From Trichoplax sp. H2 (Eukaryota), in assembly GCA_003344405.1 (NCBI GenBank), contig NOWV01000029.1:496001-560000 (forward strand): a DNA stretch of 64,000 nt. The letters are read 5' to 3'. This document shows, one piece after another, positions 11,478 to 25,396 of the stretch. The position numbers and the translations under genes were made by a program. Under the pieces are notes generated by a model that saw only the letters and a list, made by a program, of their open reading frames with translations, had not been told where the DNA came from and did not search any database. The number at the start of each line of letters is the position of its first letter. The stretch's first letter is position 1.

Positions 11478-13490
11478 CTATAGAACAATTGCTGCAGGTA
11501 GGGTTTCACCAGCTTTTCCCTTGAAGTGGAATCTAAAAAGTTGGGGGAATATTTTATACTGACGATATACTTTGCACATACTTGATTCGTTATACAGTGA
11601 AATAAGCATATAAGCATCCTTATCCCGCAAACAATCAAGTTATAGTAAGCCCCTACCTTAAATTAGTCGTAGCAGGAGTATCTTCCAAGTTAAATTCTGC
11701 AACTGGAACACCTCGGGTAGCTAACACCGGAGCAAATCCGGCAGCAGGATAAACCACTGAAGAAGTTCCAATCTTAAAAGGAATAAATAAGGCAATTAAA
11801 CCCAAAAGTTAAACAGAAAGCTATGAAAACAACTGGTTAATGTACCAATAAACAAAAATCACATGCATCCATGGCTGTCCAAGTTTTGTCTAGTACATCT
11901 TCATTCAAACTTTCTCCGAACCAGATAACGTTAGGGCGCAAAAGTCCTCCACATGTTTTACATCTGCATCCAATATCAATCAAATAGAGGTAAGCTCAAA
12001 TTATCAGTTACTTACATTTCACTTTAACTTTAAGAGTCATTAGCTCATACCTAGGCAATTCCTCTACGGGAATGCGAGCATCTGGTGTATCTGGATCAGG
12101 TAAACTAAAATCAAGTCGTAATTAAGCATTTCACCAGTCACAATCTAATAATGCAATCTACATTCAAAAATTTTTTGTAATTGGGCTCAACCCCTTTCCT
12201 GCAAGCGATGGTGCAATGGGGCTGTCCCAGTTTTCTTCAATTCGATAGCACTTTGTACACCGGGTCTCATATAAAGAACCTACGTACATTTTAATGTTTC
12301 TTAGTATAACTAATAGATAATACAATATAAAAAATCAATTTTTAACACGACCGAATTTAAATTTATTTCAATTTGCGATAAGAGATTACGCTAAATTTAC
12401 TCTATGTTAACCATGTAACTCCAAGACATTTTTTGATCCTGCTTTATGATGGAGCCTATCAATATTTTGCGTTATAACTATGACACTCTTGTTTTCAAGA
12501 GCGAAGCGCTTCTCTAATTCAGCTACAGCGTAATGCCCTTTATTAGGTTCTTTAGTTCGAGCAACTTCTCGTCTGTAGCTATAAAATCAAGATCATTCGG
12601 TTATTTGGTTATTGGTCCTGTACGGACAGCATAGTAAAGTTATATTTAGTATGTAACACTCTTGGAAAGCAATCTTGAATGGGCTAATATGAACATACTG
12701 TATTGCTATCATATAGTAATCAGTTTGTACCTGTAGAACTCCCAAACTAGCGAAGGATTTGCAGTAAATGCTGAAGGGGTAGCCAGATCTGTCGCTTGAT
12801 ATGTCCTCCAATAGCCACCTTCACCACGAAACGTTGGAATGCCACTTTCAGCACTTATTCCTGCGCCTGAAATGTACTCCTACTTAATGCAATACTTTGG
12901 GAAGCATCCATGCCTTAATATATAGATTCTATGCTTTCTATTCGAGTCTCTAGGTAGCAGCATCCTGTATTGTGCATACTGTATATACAGTATACGTAAA
13001 TTGATAATTATACTAATTTATCGTAATATAATTACCCAAAACGCCATTTATACTCGTACAGTATATACTTATTTTTGTTGATAACTTTCAATAACGTCAT
13101 CCATTGCTAAAGTCGTTACAAAGATGTAATAAGTAATATAATAACTAACCATCCGATCGATCTATTGCAGTGTCCAAGGTATAATAAAGTAATAGAGAGC
13201 TTAACTGTAGTAATCATGAGACTCAAGCCATACTTCTCTGTAAACATTCTGTACCTTGTATCTTCAACTGTATGTTTTACAATAATTTATAATTGATCAA
13301 GCAACATGCACACTTCGCACAATCGACTCTTACCTGTCATTACCAGCACATTGTTAGCCTTGCTAAATTCCTCATGAAATCGAGTCAAATTGTTTCTAAA
13401 TACCATACTTAAATGGAATAATTTTCTGCCCTGAAAGCTAATTTTAGCTATAATTTGGGGAAAACGACTACGGAGAAGTGCGGTCGACAT
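11478..13490 (-). CDS. SIRT5: NAD-dependent protein deacylase sirtuin-5, mitochondrial; 8 exons, 296 aa
   Basis: Exons 13490-13334, 12866-12731, 12578-12412, 12279-12192, 12104-12051, 11963-11846, 11772-11657 and 11532-11478 splice in frame. Motifs: [24 protein letters not shown] (class III Tyr/Arg succinyl pocket), ITQNID, LELHGS, two Cys pairs, [20 protein letters not shown]. The N-terminus is basic and presequence-like. Confidence 0.97.
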
Positions 13491-13854
13491 TGAGCTTTCT
13501 GGATGAGAAGTGTAGTCGTCATTAATCAGGATAATTTGCTACCGTATCAATAGTACAGAAGAGCATATTACAGTATCAAATCATCAATCTGCCATAGGGT
13601 ACTATATGAAATTCCCGCTCTACTGAACCATCTGCGCATGTCAATGTCAGAAACCCGCGAATTTACAAATGAATAAAAAAAATTCTCCAGTACCTTTTAC
13701 ACTGTATCACCAGTGCCGAATATAGAGTACAGTATTGACAGTTGGGTAGAATGCATAGCACCGTATGACTCGATATAGGCATAAGCATAACCAAGCAACA
13801 AGTTGCAGAAGGCACCAATATTCTAACGCAATCTCGACAAGAAATGAAATAGAA
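13491..13854. promoter_or_regulatory. Bidirectional promoter between SIRT5 and CHTF8
   Basis: Head-to-head ATGs only 364 bp apart. Contains E2F-like TTCCCGC (13612-13618) and CCCGCGAA (13654-13661) and NRF1-like TGCGCATG (13633-13640). Confidence 0.7.
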
Positions 13855-15040
13855 ATGGTCCAGATCATCGTTCATTGGTTTGTTATTTAATTTGAACGTT
13901 TAATTGCTCTATTTGGTCCTAGGTTTATTTAAGGATTGAACAAGATCTTCATGCTACCATGCAATAGCTTGTATATTGTACAATCTACGATGATAAACTG
14001 TGATAGCAAATCGAAAAATAGCTAGCCAACAACGTCAGATCTTTCGGAAATAGCCAACGGTTGCTTTATTTTACAGGCACTTTCGTTAAAACTACTGTAA
14101 CTGAATCTATTGGTTATAGTCATAGAATAATCCTCATTTTAATACATGTACTAGCAAGTGAGGAGTAAATCAATAGACTACCAGTTGGAATGAAAAGAAA
14201 AATTTGTAGATCTGATCGTGAAAGCTATCGTAATGTGTATTTTAAACGTTCGTTGCTTCTATTTATCATTTGAAATGTTGTCTTAATATTATAACTGTCT
14301 GCTACTTGATAAAAGTTCTTGCTTTAAGTTACAAGATTATACATAAGAAAATGAACAATTAATTACCGTAGAGATTTCTATACTATGCAGTATGTTAAAT
14401 CACTATCGAGCTTATTACTAACTAGCTACAGGCATAACATCGAAATTTCCTGCTTAACCAATTGTGAGCTTTAGCTAATGTTGTATTCAACTAATTCTCT
14501 ATATACCTTATCTTCTATTCAACAATCAAAGCGATCAGTTAGCCGAATGGTGCTTGATAGAATTACAAGGTCGACTCGAACAATCCGATGGCTGTAGTGA
14601 AAGTACTGATCCAGCTAAAGTTGGAAATATTTATTTCGATGATAAAGTAAGTTCTGTGCTATCATACATCGATGTAAACTACGTTATTTATAGTTCATAT
14701 TTAGTGATAATTATCAAGATCTATCTGTCTATCCCAATTTTATTCATAAATTGTAAATCTCATTTAATGATGCACTTTTTAATTCCAGAATACACCCTAT
14801 ATTATTATCGGTAGCCATATATTAGATGGTAAAGTCGTACAAATCGATAAGCCATTGGTTGTATTAGAAAAAGGAACTTTGAATGATCAATCTAGCGAAA
14901 GTGACATGAATCACGAAAACAAGAATAAAAGCGTAGAATATAGTATAAAAGGGATAATCAAAACAAAGCTAATCTTCAAAAGCAGGCCTAAGCCTATCGT
15001 TTTACAACAGTACGTTAAGAAAAGGCCAAGAGTGAAATAA
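13855..15040 (+). CDS. CHTF8: Chromosome transmission fidelity protein 8; 3 exons (13855-13877, 14532-14646, 14789-15040), 129 aa
   Basis: Spliced protein MVQIIVHC DQLAEWCLIELQG...VGNIYFDDK NTPYIIIGSHILDGKVVQIDKPLVVL...IIKTKLIFKSRPKPI matches Ctf8 family motifs (EW.L.ELQG, IG.H.L.GK, K..FK.RPKPI). Confidence 0.93.
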
Positions 15041-16142
15041 ATGGTTTTCTAATTATCGTAATATCAAATATCAGATGTTATTAATGAAAATGTAGACGTT
15101 TAAATGCAGGTTGTAAATTCTGTCTTGGGTTCTGATGATTCAGTATTTCTCTTGTTTGTATAATTGTTCAATTTATAACTATACACGAGTATGTTTTGTC
15201 TTGCTTAAGAACTTGAACGTTATATATCCCTTACCTCAATCTCATTTCTGTTGCTCGCTACTAAAGAGTTTTATTTTCAAATTTCTGGTTGATATCAGAA
15301 CATAATTCAGGCGTAAACATAAGCAGGAACTGCCTGTTACAAAATTCTTATAATTTCGGTAGTTGTACGTATGTATATAATATAGAAATTTTAACCAGAA
15401 GAGGTAGTCAGCATAACCTCACTGTAATCCTTGCATAACGAGCATTTAGAATAGCTATAATTCTTATCCTTTACTCAAGTAAGCTACAACAACACTGCTA
15501 ATGTATGATCATTGTACAGCATAAGCCAAAGTGAAAATAAAGTTATTATTATTATTATTAGTGGCTGTAATTAACTGCATTTAAACATTGAAGTTTAAAT
15601 TTTAAAAAATTTAAGCACTTTAAATTTGTATTCCAATTTTCAGACTTGCTGATAGTATTAAATGAGATGAAATACAAACGTCTCTATTCTCTTTTAGTGA
15701 ATATTTAAGTTTCTATTGGTAGTTTTCTAAGCTAAATTTATGGTATAAATTCAGCCTCGTATCTATCCTAATTGACGTAACTCAAATACGCCGTATAATC
15801 CATCATGCTGTAGCAATCAATGCAAGAATCATCAGAATTTCATAAATACGTTCTCAGCTCAAAATAAAGATAAATCGCTGCGTTGAATATGGTATTGATA
15901 TTTATTGATGATTGTAAACGTATTCGAAATCAAAATGAACAACTTTTCATAAAAGGAATTGTTTTTCGTAAGCAAATGAGAAAAACAAATCCTCTATCGA
16001 TGGCAACAGTGTTCAAATTAAGAATATAAGTTATAATTAAACCCACTCGCTACTGATATAGGAAGTTGAAGTAAGCAAAAAGAGGAACATTGAACTACCC
16101 AATTTAACTCATCATCACTCTCCTAATGAGATAATAAATAGG

Positions 16143-17377
16143 TTAGTTTTTTCCGTATTTCCGATGTTTGTTAATAAATTTCAAATGTTTCCTATAGTGT
16201 CTGGCTTTGTACGGTTTCCTCTTGAATGTATCTTTACCGATAAGAGTACTAGCCCAATGGCCATCGCAATTTCGACTTGGCTTAGTCAGAATCCATGTTG
16301 TAAGAATTAATGGTGTATCATCGCAAACTTGATACTCCCCTGACCAAGCTGTTGTCGAACCTCCATCAAAAGCTACACTGAAACTCAGTGCTACCGGTTT
16401 GTCTTTGGTGTAAACATGCTTCGGATGAGCTACATTACCACGCACTTTACGACCTCCTCTTCCAGCTGCACCCTTCGTCGATTCTACCAATGTTCGAAAG
16501 CTCCCTGCTAAAAATCCATCTTTTCGGTGGTGTAGAAATAAAACTGATCCATGTTGATTAAACCAAAATCCACTCAAGAAGCCTGTAGTGCTATTTTTTA
16601 GAGCTGAATAATGAGAAAGAAAAGAATGTTATGATCCCCTAAGTAGGTGTACGTCAAGAGTATACATTTAGAATATCTCCATCGAAGTAAAACTGCACAT
16701 TTTATTACCAAATTTATACTGCATTAAAAAGCTTAAAAAAATCGATGAATGATTATACACAATTCAAAGTAAAATCTATGCACCATGCAGTATACTTACC
16801 ATTGACACCACCATTGTAATTGGTTTTGTCCTTTTAGTTTAAGAAGAAAAAAAGCAACAAAATTAAATTACATAGGATACTGTGGGATATTAACGACATT
16901 ACCATTCTCGTATTTTGAGTAGCAAAAAAGTATGAAGGAGAAGTCACAATCAACCCTTACAGTATATTACGTAAAAATATTATGGTTTTCAATCTAAACC
17001 TTAGTACTGAAGTTAAGGCGCCAAATATTTTCAAAATTCGTCAAAAACTGTTGCCTCTATACTCTAAACTCCGTTCTACAAACTTGCCTTAATATAAACT
17101 ATACTTAAATGTAACTAGCTAAATAAAAATTGGGGCGGTAATATAGAATTCATCTGCTATAGCCCGAAGAATATTGATCATTCATTAAGAAATAAACTAT
17201 TTTCAAGTTTTAACTCCAAATGAAAGCTTTAAAAAATACTGTATCATTAAATCTAGAAAAGTCTCGCAGAAATCGTAGTATGTATGTACTTACAATAGGC
17301 ACCGTCAATTTATTCGATTTTGGCTGACAGAATACTGTGCCAATGAGCACCAGTAGACCAAGCAACATGACCTTCAT
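16143..17377 (-). CDS. Secreted avidin/streptavidin-family protein; 3 exons (17377-17294, 16830-16800, 16603-16143), 191 aa
   Basis: Signal peptide MKVMLLGLLVLIGTVFC. Avidin barrel motifs LSGFWFNQHGS, G.F.T.V, SFSVAF, STTAWSG, LTTWIL, HWAST.IGKDTF. All junctions are GT-AG and in phase. Confidence 0.88.
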
Positions 17378-20300
17378 CTAAAATCCAAAAGGATTAAATT
17401 ACTGAGAAAATAGCTTCAACTTCTCTAGTATATTTGACGTAGTGTAGTTTTAAGCATAGAGTTTTAGGCCCATGAAACCTTAAACAGTGTTTTACAAGTA
17501 AAAAATAGCTACCTAATGTATAGACCTACTAATTAATAGAGTACGATAGCATGTATGCCAATCATTTAAAAGAAATAGAATAAAAACTGGAAGTATTATT
17601 TTAGCCCTGAGTACCCTTAATCAAAACAACTACCGTATACGTCAATGCTAATTAGAAATAATTTACTGGATAAATGACGTTTCACTGTCTATTAAATGAT
17701 TAAATTTATTAACGATATTTACACAATTGCACGTCATATAAACTCTTTCTTTAGTCGTTTAATTCCTCTTAGATCATAAGCTTAAATGACAAATTTAGGA
17801 ACAAAAAAAATGTGTTCCTCAACGTACATCTCTCTGGGGCGAAAAAGGAACCAACGCCCTGATAGTAAAATAGCAAATCTATCCTGTTAATTAAATCCAT
17901 GATGCCTTACGCCTAGTTTATATGCTTTAATTTAAAATTTTTCCTCATAATCGGCAGTAAATTATAGAATATGCTTGTAAAATTCTAGTTTCAATTATTA
18001 AACTATAAATAATATAAAATACTTTATGAATAGAAGTTGCGTAGCGTAGACGTGAAATCAAATGAAGCCTTGTATATTAGCATGATGTCGTAGCTGTAAC
18101 TGTAAAATTTTATGTCTAGATTCACTTTTTTCATACCTTAATAAAAAAAACTTAAATGAATGCTGTGTTCTACTTAACTTGAATAAAATTTACCATGCCT
18201 TATTTCTACTTGTTCTTATTATATCAATCAATAACATATTATGAGATGATCAAAACAGAAAAATATAGCCTCACATCGAATAGCGCTGTTGCTCATAAGC
18301 TTAAATGAGTATATCACGGAATTATTTAAAATAAGTGTTTAAAAATTTTTTTCCTCAATTTAATTTTAGCAGCAAGCTAAACTAAGCTTTATGCAGAATC
18401 GCGCTAATAATAGCTGAAATAATATTAATATACGTCGATAACAAAATTGAGGAAGTTGCAAAATCAGTTACAATATCCATATTTAATCTTGTATTCATCA
18501 TCCTTACCTTGGCAAATCAAGTTTTTACGGAGGCGATAAGCCGAAAATTTAAGACAAACGACCAAAGTACTAAAAAAATAATAAACCTTCCTCTTAAATA
18601 CTGCTCTATTGGCAATAAAAACTGCCAGCGATTATAATCCATAGGTCAACTTTGACTTTATACACAGTATGTATTCAATATTACTTTATTTGCAGTACGA
18701 TTTAATTATTTAATTACTATTTTATTGCTTTTGTAAACTGTATGAAATGCCCTTTAGAGTCAAAGTCTCGAAATTGTTAAAAGGCCTTTATATTCTATTT
18801 CGTAATTTTGCATAACAGTATGCCATTATTCCAATAAAAATGGCAATAACCAAATTTTAACTATTTATTGATATATCCAGCAAGCTTAGTGGTTGTTCCT
18901 ACAATAAGTAAACATCTATGTTTTGCATCCTTGTGTACTTTACTATGAGCTTTTCCATCATTAACATTACAATTAAACCAACAGGAAATAATAAATAACC
19001 AATAACTAGCTAGACTCTTTAGGACATCGAACGATAAATCTTATGTTGCTATCACACCATTAACGGAGACCAAGGTTCAATTTTTAAATTAACCTAATCC
19101 GGAAAATTTTTTTAATTTTACTAGTCATTCTTGCTCAGTTGGATGTTAGCAGTAGGAATGATGAAATTCTTTGCAACCTTTCCCTCAGTTAAAAGGATCA
19201 TGCTAGAAATACATGAAGTCAGACCATACCAAACTTAAGCCGCAAACCATTAATGGTACCACGAAGAACTGCAAAGCTATGATAGTTCCTATCCGATTAA
19301 AATTTTTATCGCATAGAAGCTATAACAGCTACAACCCTACAATTATCATCACGACATTGCCATATCATTCACATATGTAAAAATCGATTTTTACAGATTG
19401 GCAAGAACATCTGCAACTGTTAGACACTGCAACACAAAAGATTGTGTAAATTCGTTCAGTACCATAAAATAGATTTCTGACGAATTACTAGGAACTAAAT
19501 TTTAGTTTTAAATTAAAATTGCTTCTTATTATGTTTTATGAAGGTGTTTAACCAATATAAATAAATAAGTAGTATCATTTAATAAAATGAACCAACTGTA
19601 GACAGTGCAACGTAAGTGTTGGGTCATGCTACGTTTATATAAACGTATATGTAATAAAGGTGTAGCAGGGCTAGAGAAATTTCGTAGATTCAAATATAAG
19701 TTTAGGATCTTCCTATGTCATGAATAGGTGTGTTACTAAGTTATTTAGATTTAGCCGCGCACAGTGTTCTATTTGATGTGAAGAAGTCAGATTATATTGT
19801 TGACGCTGTATTCTACAAGCTTTACTGCTTCTCCATATGCAATTTCACTGAATAGCACCAATTTTTCCCTAACCTCAATGAGTAACGTATTTGCCTAGTT
19901 GGCACTACAAGTAAGCTAGCCTAGGCTCATAAGAGAGTAGAGTACACAATGATTTTTATTTAAAGAAAAGAGCTAGCTTTACTTTGAGACGTATAGATAG
20001 GAATGAAGACAGTTCATGCAAAGAGTAAAAGAAGTCAGAATGATAACTAATTATATTAGTTTCAGATTTGCGATTCCTTATTTAGACTTACTCCGCTAGT
20101 TCGCTACTGACTAATGGACCCCTTTCTTCACAAATACGTTGATATTTACCGTATAAATAGTTATGTAGAGCAATGATAGTAGAGTATTTATTCGTATGTG
20201 GTCCATTCCTTGAATTTATTGGTATCAACAGAGTAGTCCGTCCAGTTAATCTACGTTCAATAAATAAATTACATTTCTCATTGTACTGGATTCTATCATT

Positions 20301-20579
20301 TCTTTCCTCCCATATGTCCCTTAACAATGTCGACATAACATGAGCTTTATGATACATTGTAGGATATTAGGACCTTATTAACGAAGTACACTTATTAATG
20401 ATTCTGCCTAGCGATAATGAGACGTTTCATAACTAATACGGAAACAATGGCAGCTATATCCCTGGCTTTCAGCCGGCTAATATTTGATCATCACTATCGA
20501 TATTAATCGAACTGATTAAACTCAAATGGTAATTGTACTACAATACTACATTCGAATAAGAAGACATGAGTAACAGAAA

Positions 20580-20810
20580 TTTCGGCCTTATTTGTCATGG
20601 TGGTAAACTGGATAATACTTAATACTACATAATACAGTATATACTATATAGCCGGCTACTTTAGTCGCTCAAAATTAGTTACCGATATATTTTATTGAAT
20701 TACGGCTAAATTTACTATGGTGGTAAACTAGTAATATCTAACACTAAATATCACTGTATATATTGCTGACTACTTTGGTCACGTAAATCAATTACCGATA
20801 TATTTTATTG
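20580..20810. repeat. Diverged tandem duplication, ~120 bp unit x2
   Basis: ATGGTGGTAAACT at 20597 and 20717; TTACCGATATATTTTATTG and CTACTTT(A/G)GTC present in both copies. Confidence 0.8.
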
Positions 20811-21902
20811 TCTATTAATATTATTAAATGAGTATTATTTCATAATTTTCTTTCTGTTGTCAAACTAACAATCTAGCAATTGACATCACGAATAAAAATA
20901 CAGAAAAATTGATGAAATTATTCTTCACAATAAGGTATTTGGTTGATATATGATAATTAAAGCATAAAAAAATAATTTTATGAGTTTATTGCGAGGCTAA
21001 TAAATAAATAAAGATAAATATTTTTGTTTCCCTGTCGATTCTGAATCAGAAAATAATAATATGACATAGGTACGGTAACACTGTATATTTCCAATCTTTA
21101 AAATTTTTAACAAATTGTTATATTGATATAAACTTATCAATAATAAAGAGATATGACTCATGTGAGTACGGGACATCTATCACCCGAAATAGAACTGTTC
21201 CGTCTCTAATGATAAAATGAAAACTTTAAGGTATGGCAAATTCGCATTCGTTGAAAAATCCATGGCATATTACGATAGAGAGTAAATACATAAAGTTAAA
21301 CCTGGAGTTTACAGTTTCAAATTTTACATGGAGTACGTATTTGCAGTTATGGTCCATGATATAACTAATTTGTTAATAATACGCCTGTTGTAATATGCTA
21401 TACTTAATCAATGTGTCATTCACACGTTAGCTTTGAAATAACTTCGAATAATTTAACTTAACACGTTAAACTTTAGAAAGCGTTAGTATGCGGTAAACTT
21501 CTGGATACCTCACTGAAGAAATTAAGAAGTAGTCATCAAGAAATACATTTTAGAAATTTTACAGCTTTTATGTCCTATTAGCCCTACACTTACAAAATAA
21601 GTAGTATACAATATTAGATCAAGTGTTAGCAATATGCCAGGTATGTTTTATTTGGATATAGTATTGTAATGATAGGCTATAAAATAGTCAAATTTTGAAA
21701 ATATATTGCCGTGAAATATAGCACTTTTCTGAAAAGCTGTTAGTAAGGGTATAAATCTACACGTATATAGCATGTTTAAAAATTTACTAATAATTATATT
21801 TATAACTAAACGTGTTGATAAACTTTGTCTAAAATTTTTAATCGGCATTATTGATTAATCCTACATCCATTGCAGTTGTACCAGTTACGCGTTGGGATGT
21901 TT

Positions 21903-22150
21903 AATAGCTACTAAACTATGGCATATATAGGGACTTTCTTAATCTTTATGAATTTGATAGCTACCAACTAGGGAGCTCATGGACGTTTTCTTAGTCTTTA
22001 TAGTAGTTCATGACCGTTAAATTTTGGTATACATGGAACTTTTCCCAATCTTTATAATGGCAACTAACTATGGAGTTTATAGAAGTGTTCTCGATCGTTA
22101 TAACAATTAATTAATTATTATTGGTTACATAAAAGTTTTCTCATATTTAT
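21903..22150. repeat. Highly degenerate ~50-bp minisatellite, about 5 copies
   Basis: A recurring pattern of the form ATAGCTAC..AACTA.GG...ATGG/ATAG..TTTTCT.A.TCTTTAT is visible by eye with many substitutions. Confidence 0.55.
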
Positions 22151-25100
22151 TAAGCGCTAAGTATAAAAGACAGTAATTTAATCTTGTTACCCTTCATTAT
22201 AATTATTAACGATCACAGATAGATATTAATTAAAGTGGCAAGTGTTACAGTTTGCGAATATTAATCACATATGCACCTCATTAATGTATAAAATGAGAAG
22301 GAATAACATAACATGCATTTATTTTAAAGGAAATATTAATGGACATAATATGCCCGTAATTAATTATTAATAGTAGTTATTCAGAAATTTTTAATAAAAA
22401 TACCGAAAAGAAATGTTCGTAAATCAATCGCTACGCATTATATTAAAATAGAAAGATATGAATGAATTTAATTAATAAAGAACATAGAGAAAATAGCTAT
22501 TGGATAGTAATAAGTATAACGTAATAAAGATAAAGAAGATACTAAATGTAGTAAAATATACTGTCAGTATAATACAACACTGATTAGAGTTATTAATTAG
22601 CATTGGATTAAAAATTTGGTAAAATACGGATATACTTGCTAAGGCATAATTGTAATCGCCTTCGATGATAATTAATTTTACGAATCAATATTCTTTCTGC
22701 TACTGTAAGTGGATAAAGTTGAAAGTTTGAGTTAAAAATTGATACTAGTACATAATAGAGATGACTCGCTACTTATCTCTTGAGTTTGTTAATGCTTGAA
22801 AATATTTCCCATATGAGTTGTCATTAATTCTATGAGTTAATATTCTTTCTAATATTATGAAGACTAAAATTGAAAAACTGGGCAGAGATATCAGTGCCAA
22901 TTCAATTGGTTGCAAGTTAATATATAGTTTTTGCCTTTTTAGAATACTTAACTTGTAGAATTGATCGTTTTATAAGACATTTGTTCTACAAGCAAGTAGT
23001 AACTAATAGTAAATGATTTAGGTGCTTAAATAGTGAGTAAAAATATCGCAAATTAGATTACTTTTGAATTCTTCTATCATAAATTATACAATCCCGTAGT
23101 TTGAGATAGTCAAATATTTGAAATGTTATTAAGCATAGGCCTATCCCCTTTTGTATTATAGATGTCCTCTAGCTAAGTAAAATGATATTTCTACATTACA
23201 ATTAGTGCTTCAATAATCACATATATATATAATTAAGGAGCATCCATGCTATTATTCTGTTATCTCCAACTATTAGTCCCACACATTCTGGTTTATATTA
23301 TTAATTTATATAATTGTAATTGTTATGCAGGATTGCTATTTTTGATGCGATGTTTTTCTATTGTCGATTTATAGTAATCTTGCAATAGAATTTTATCATA
23401 GTACAGACATTATTTCAAAAAATTGCGTAGTCTATAGCTGTATGGATCAATTATTATTTCAATACTTCATTAATTAGCTTCACCTTATTTTTCCATTGTT
23501 GGTAAGTATCCGTTATATCAGTAAGGGTTTGTGCCTACAATTGTTAGTTTTTCAATCGTATTATATTGCAAATAAGTGTTGATTAATTTATAGCATTCAT
23601 GACCGGAATTAATTATCACTGTCAGTAATTATATTCTATCTGATGATTTATATATTGTAAATTAGTATTGATCACTTTAATTATCACCGATTGGCAATCA
23701 TAATATACGCGTATAGTCATGATTATTATCTCTGTAAACTACAGCTGTTTTTTTAATCGAGTTCCAAGTCTAGCTAGGATTTCAAAGTAAATGAGATCCT
23801 ATAAATCCAAATTATGTATAGCCTAATTCATGGCAATCATCATCTTGTGGTTGATATTTTTTAATAATTTAATAAAACATTTTTCTATTTAGGGAAATCG
23901 TAAGACTAATCATATTAACCATGGTAACTTTAACGATGATCAAATAACTAATTAATTTTTCCATTGTCTGTAACAACTCATAAACATTTGCTGATCGGTT
24001 GTAATGGTTTTTCCTAAGCTAGAAAGAAATGTTAGGGTCATAGTTCATTTCGATTTTGATCACGATTCTACTTTTTTAAATTTCAAATTTAATTGCAAAC
24101 TATGGAATAAATAGCAAATTAATACTTCAGATTGATTTATCAATTTCATGAAGACTTAGCAAGTGAGGCGATGATCTCATAAATTCAATTCTTTTCCTGT
24201 TGCTTTTATAATTTATAACGTCTGATAAATTCAATAAAAATTTACGGTTTAAATACAATTCGTTCTTCCAATGACTACCGAAATAATAAAATGTTAAAGC
24301 TTGCAGCGATGGAGATGGCTTCAAACAATGAATGATTGACTAAATAATTTCAATAACCAGGTATACGTCATCACCATGCACTTAACATGGACTTATAGCA
24401 ATCCCTTTTAGGTTAAAATGGGCAAAATATTTTTTCATTAATCAATAATATTGTAATTGCTACTGGCGGATATAAAGTCTTCTATTTACTAGCTAAGAAG
24501 TTCATGAATAAACATTATTCTAAATTCAATACATGCTAAATAACATTGCCTTGATATTGGTCACTTAAACTAATTAACATTAGAAAAGAATATATAAGCT
24601 TACCCCTATTTAATACTTGTTGATATTGTTGCCGCTGGAACGCTTTAATTAGTGCTAGTTGATCATTCATAACATCAAGATAGAAGATTTAGATTGTCAC
24701 TTATATAAGATAGTTTGCATCGTGATATCGTAAAAACAAGTTTTCGTATTTTCCGAAAGAAGAAAAATTAAATCTTTAACATATTCATGGCGATGATTTA
24801 ATTGGACTTTGCTCCTGTTCTAACTAAATTTTCATTTAGTGATTACTGGAAATATTTCAATCAAGGAAGAAATCTCAAGTTAAATTAATTTTCAAATTAA
24901 GAAAAGGATAAAAAGCCCCACAAGCATTTATCTATGCTACCGCGAGGATCTAAATATTTTGTAATAAATATATAACATACCACATTGATTAGATAAATCA
25001 ACCAGAACGAATTTTATTGCCTCTTATTACGTGCACACTTTCTCGAAAACAAGCTTAAAATAATAAAGTCATTCTTACTTATTTGGCTCAGTTAAGCGAC

Positions 25101-25396
25101 TATCTATTACAATCACGCAAATTTCTTACTGAAATGACAAGAAGTAATCCATAAGGATTAGTTACAAATGCTTGTATGATATACTGAATTTTTTACAGAA
25201 AAACTATCTACCGCTGTAATATTATTTTTACCCTGAGATTACTACAGCTAAATGTAATTTATTTGGTAGATTTTAATTTTTCTATTTAATCTTGGTAGAG
25301 TTTGCTCCTTTAACGTACGATCGATCTAATATTTAGCTAATATATCCTAACTACCGATTTAATATTTTACTAAATATATCTTAATAAAAGCTGATC

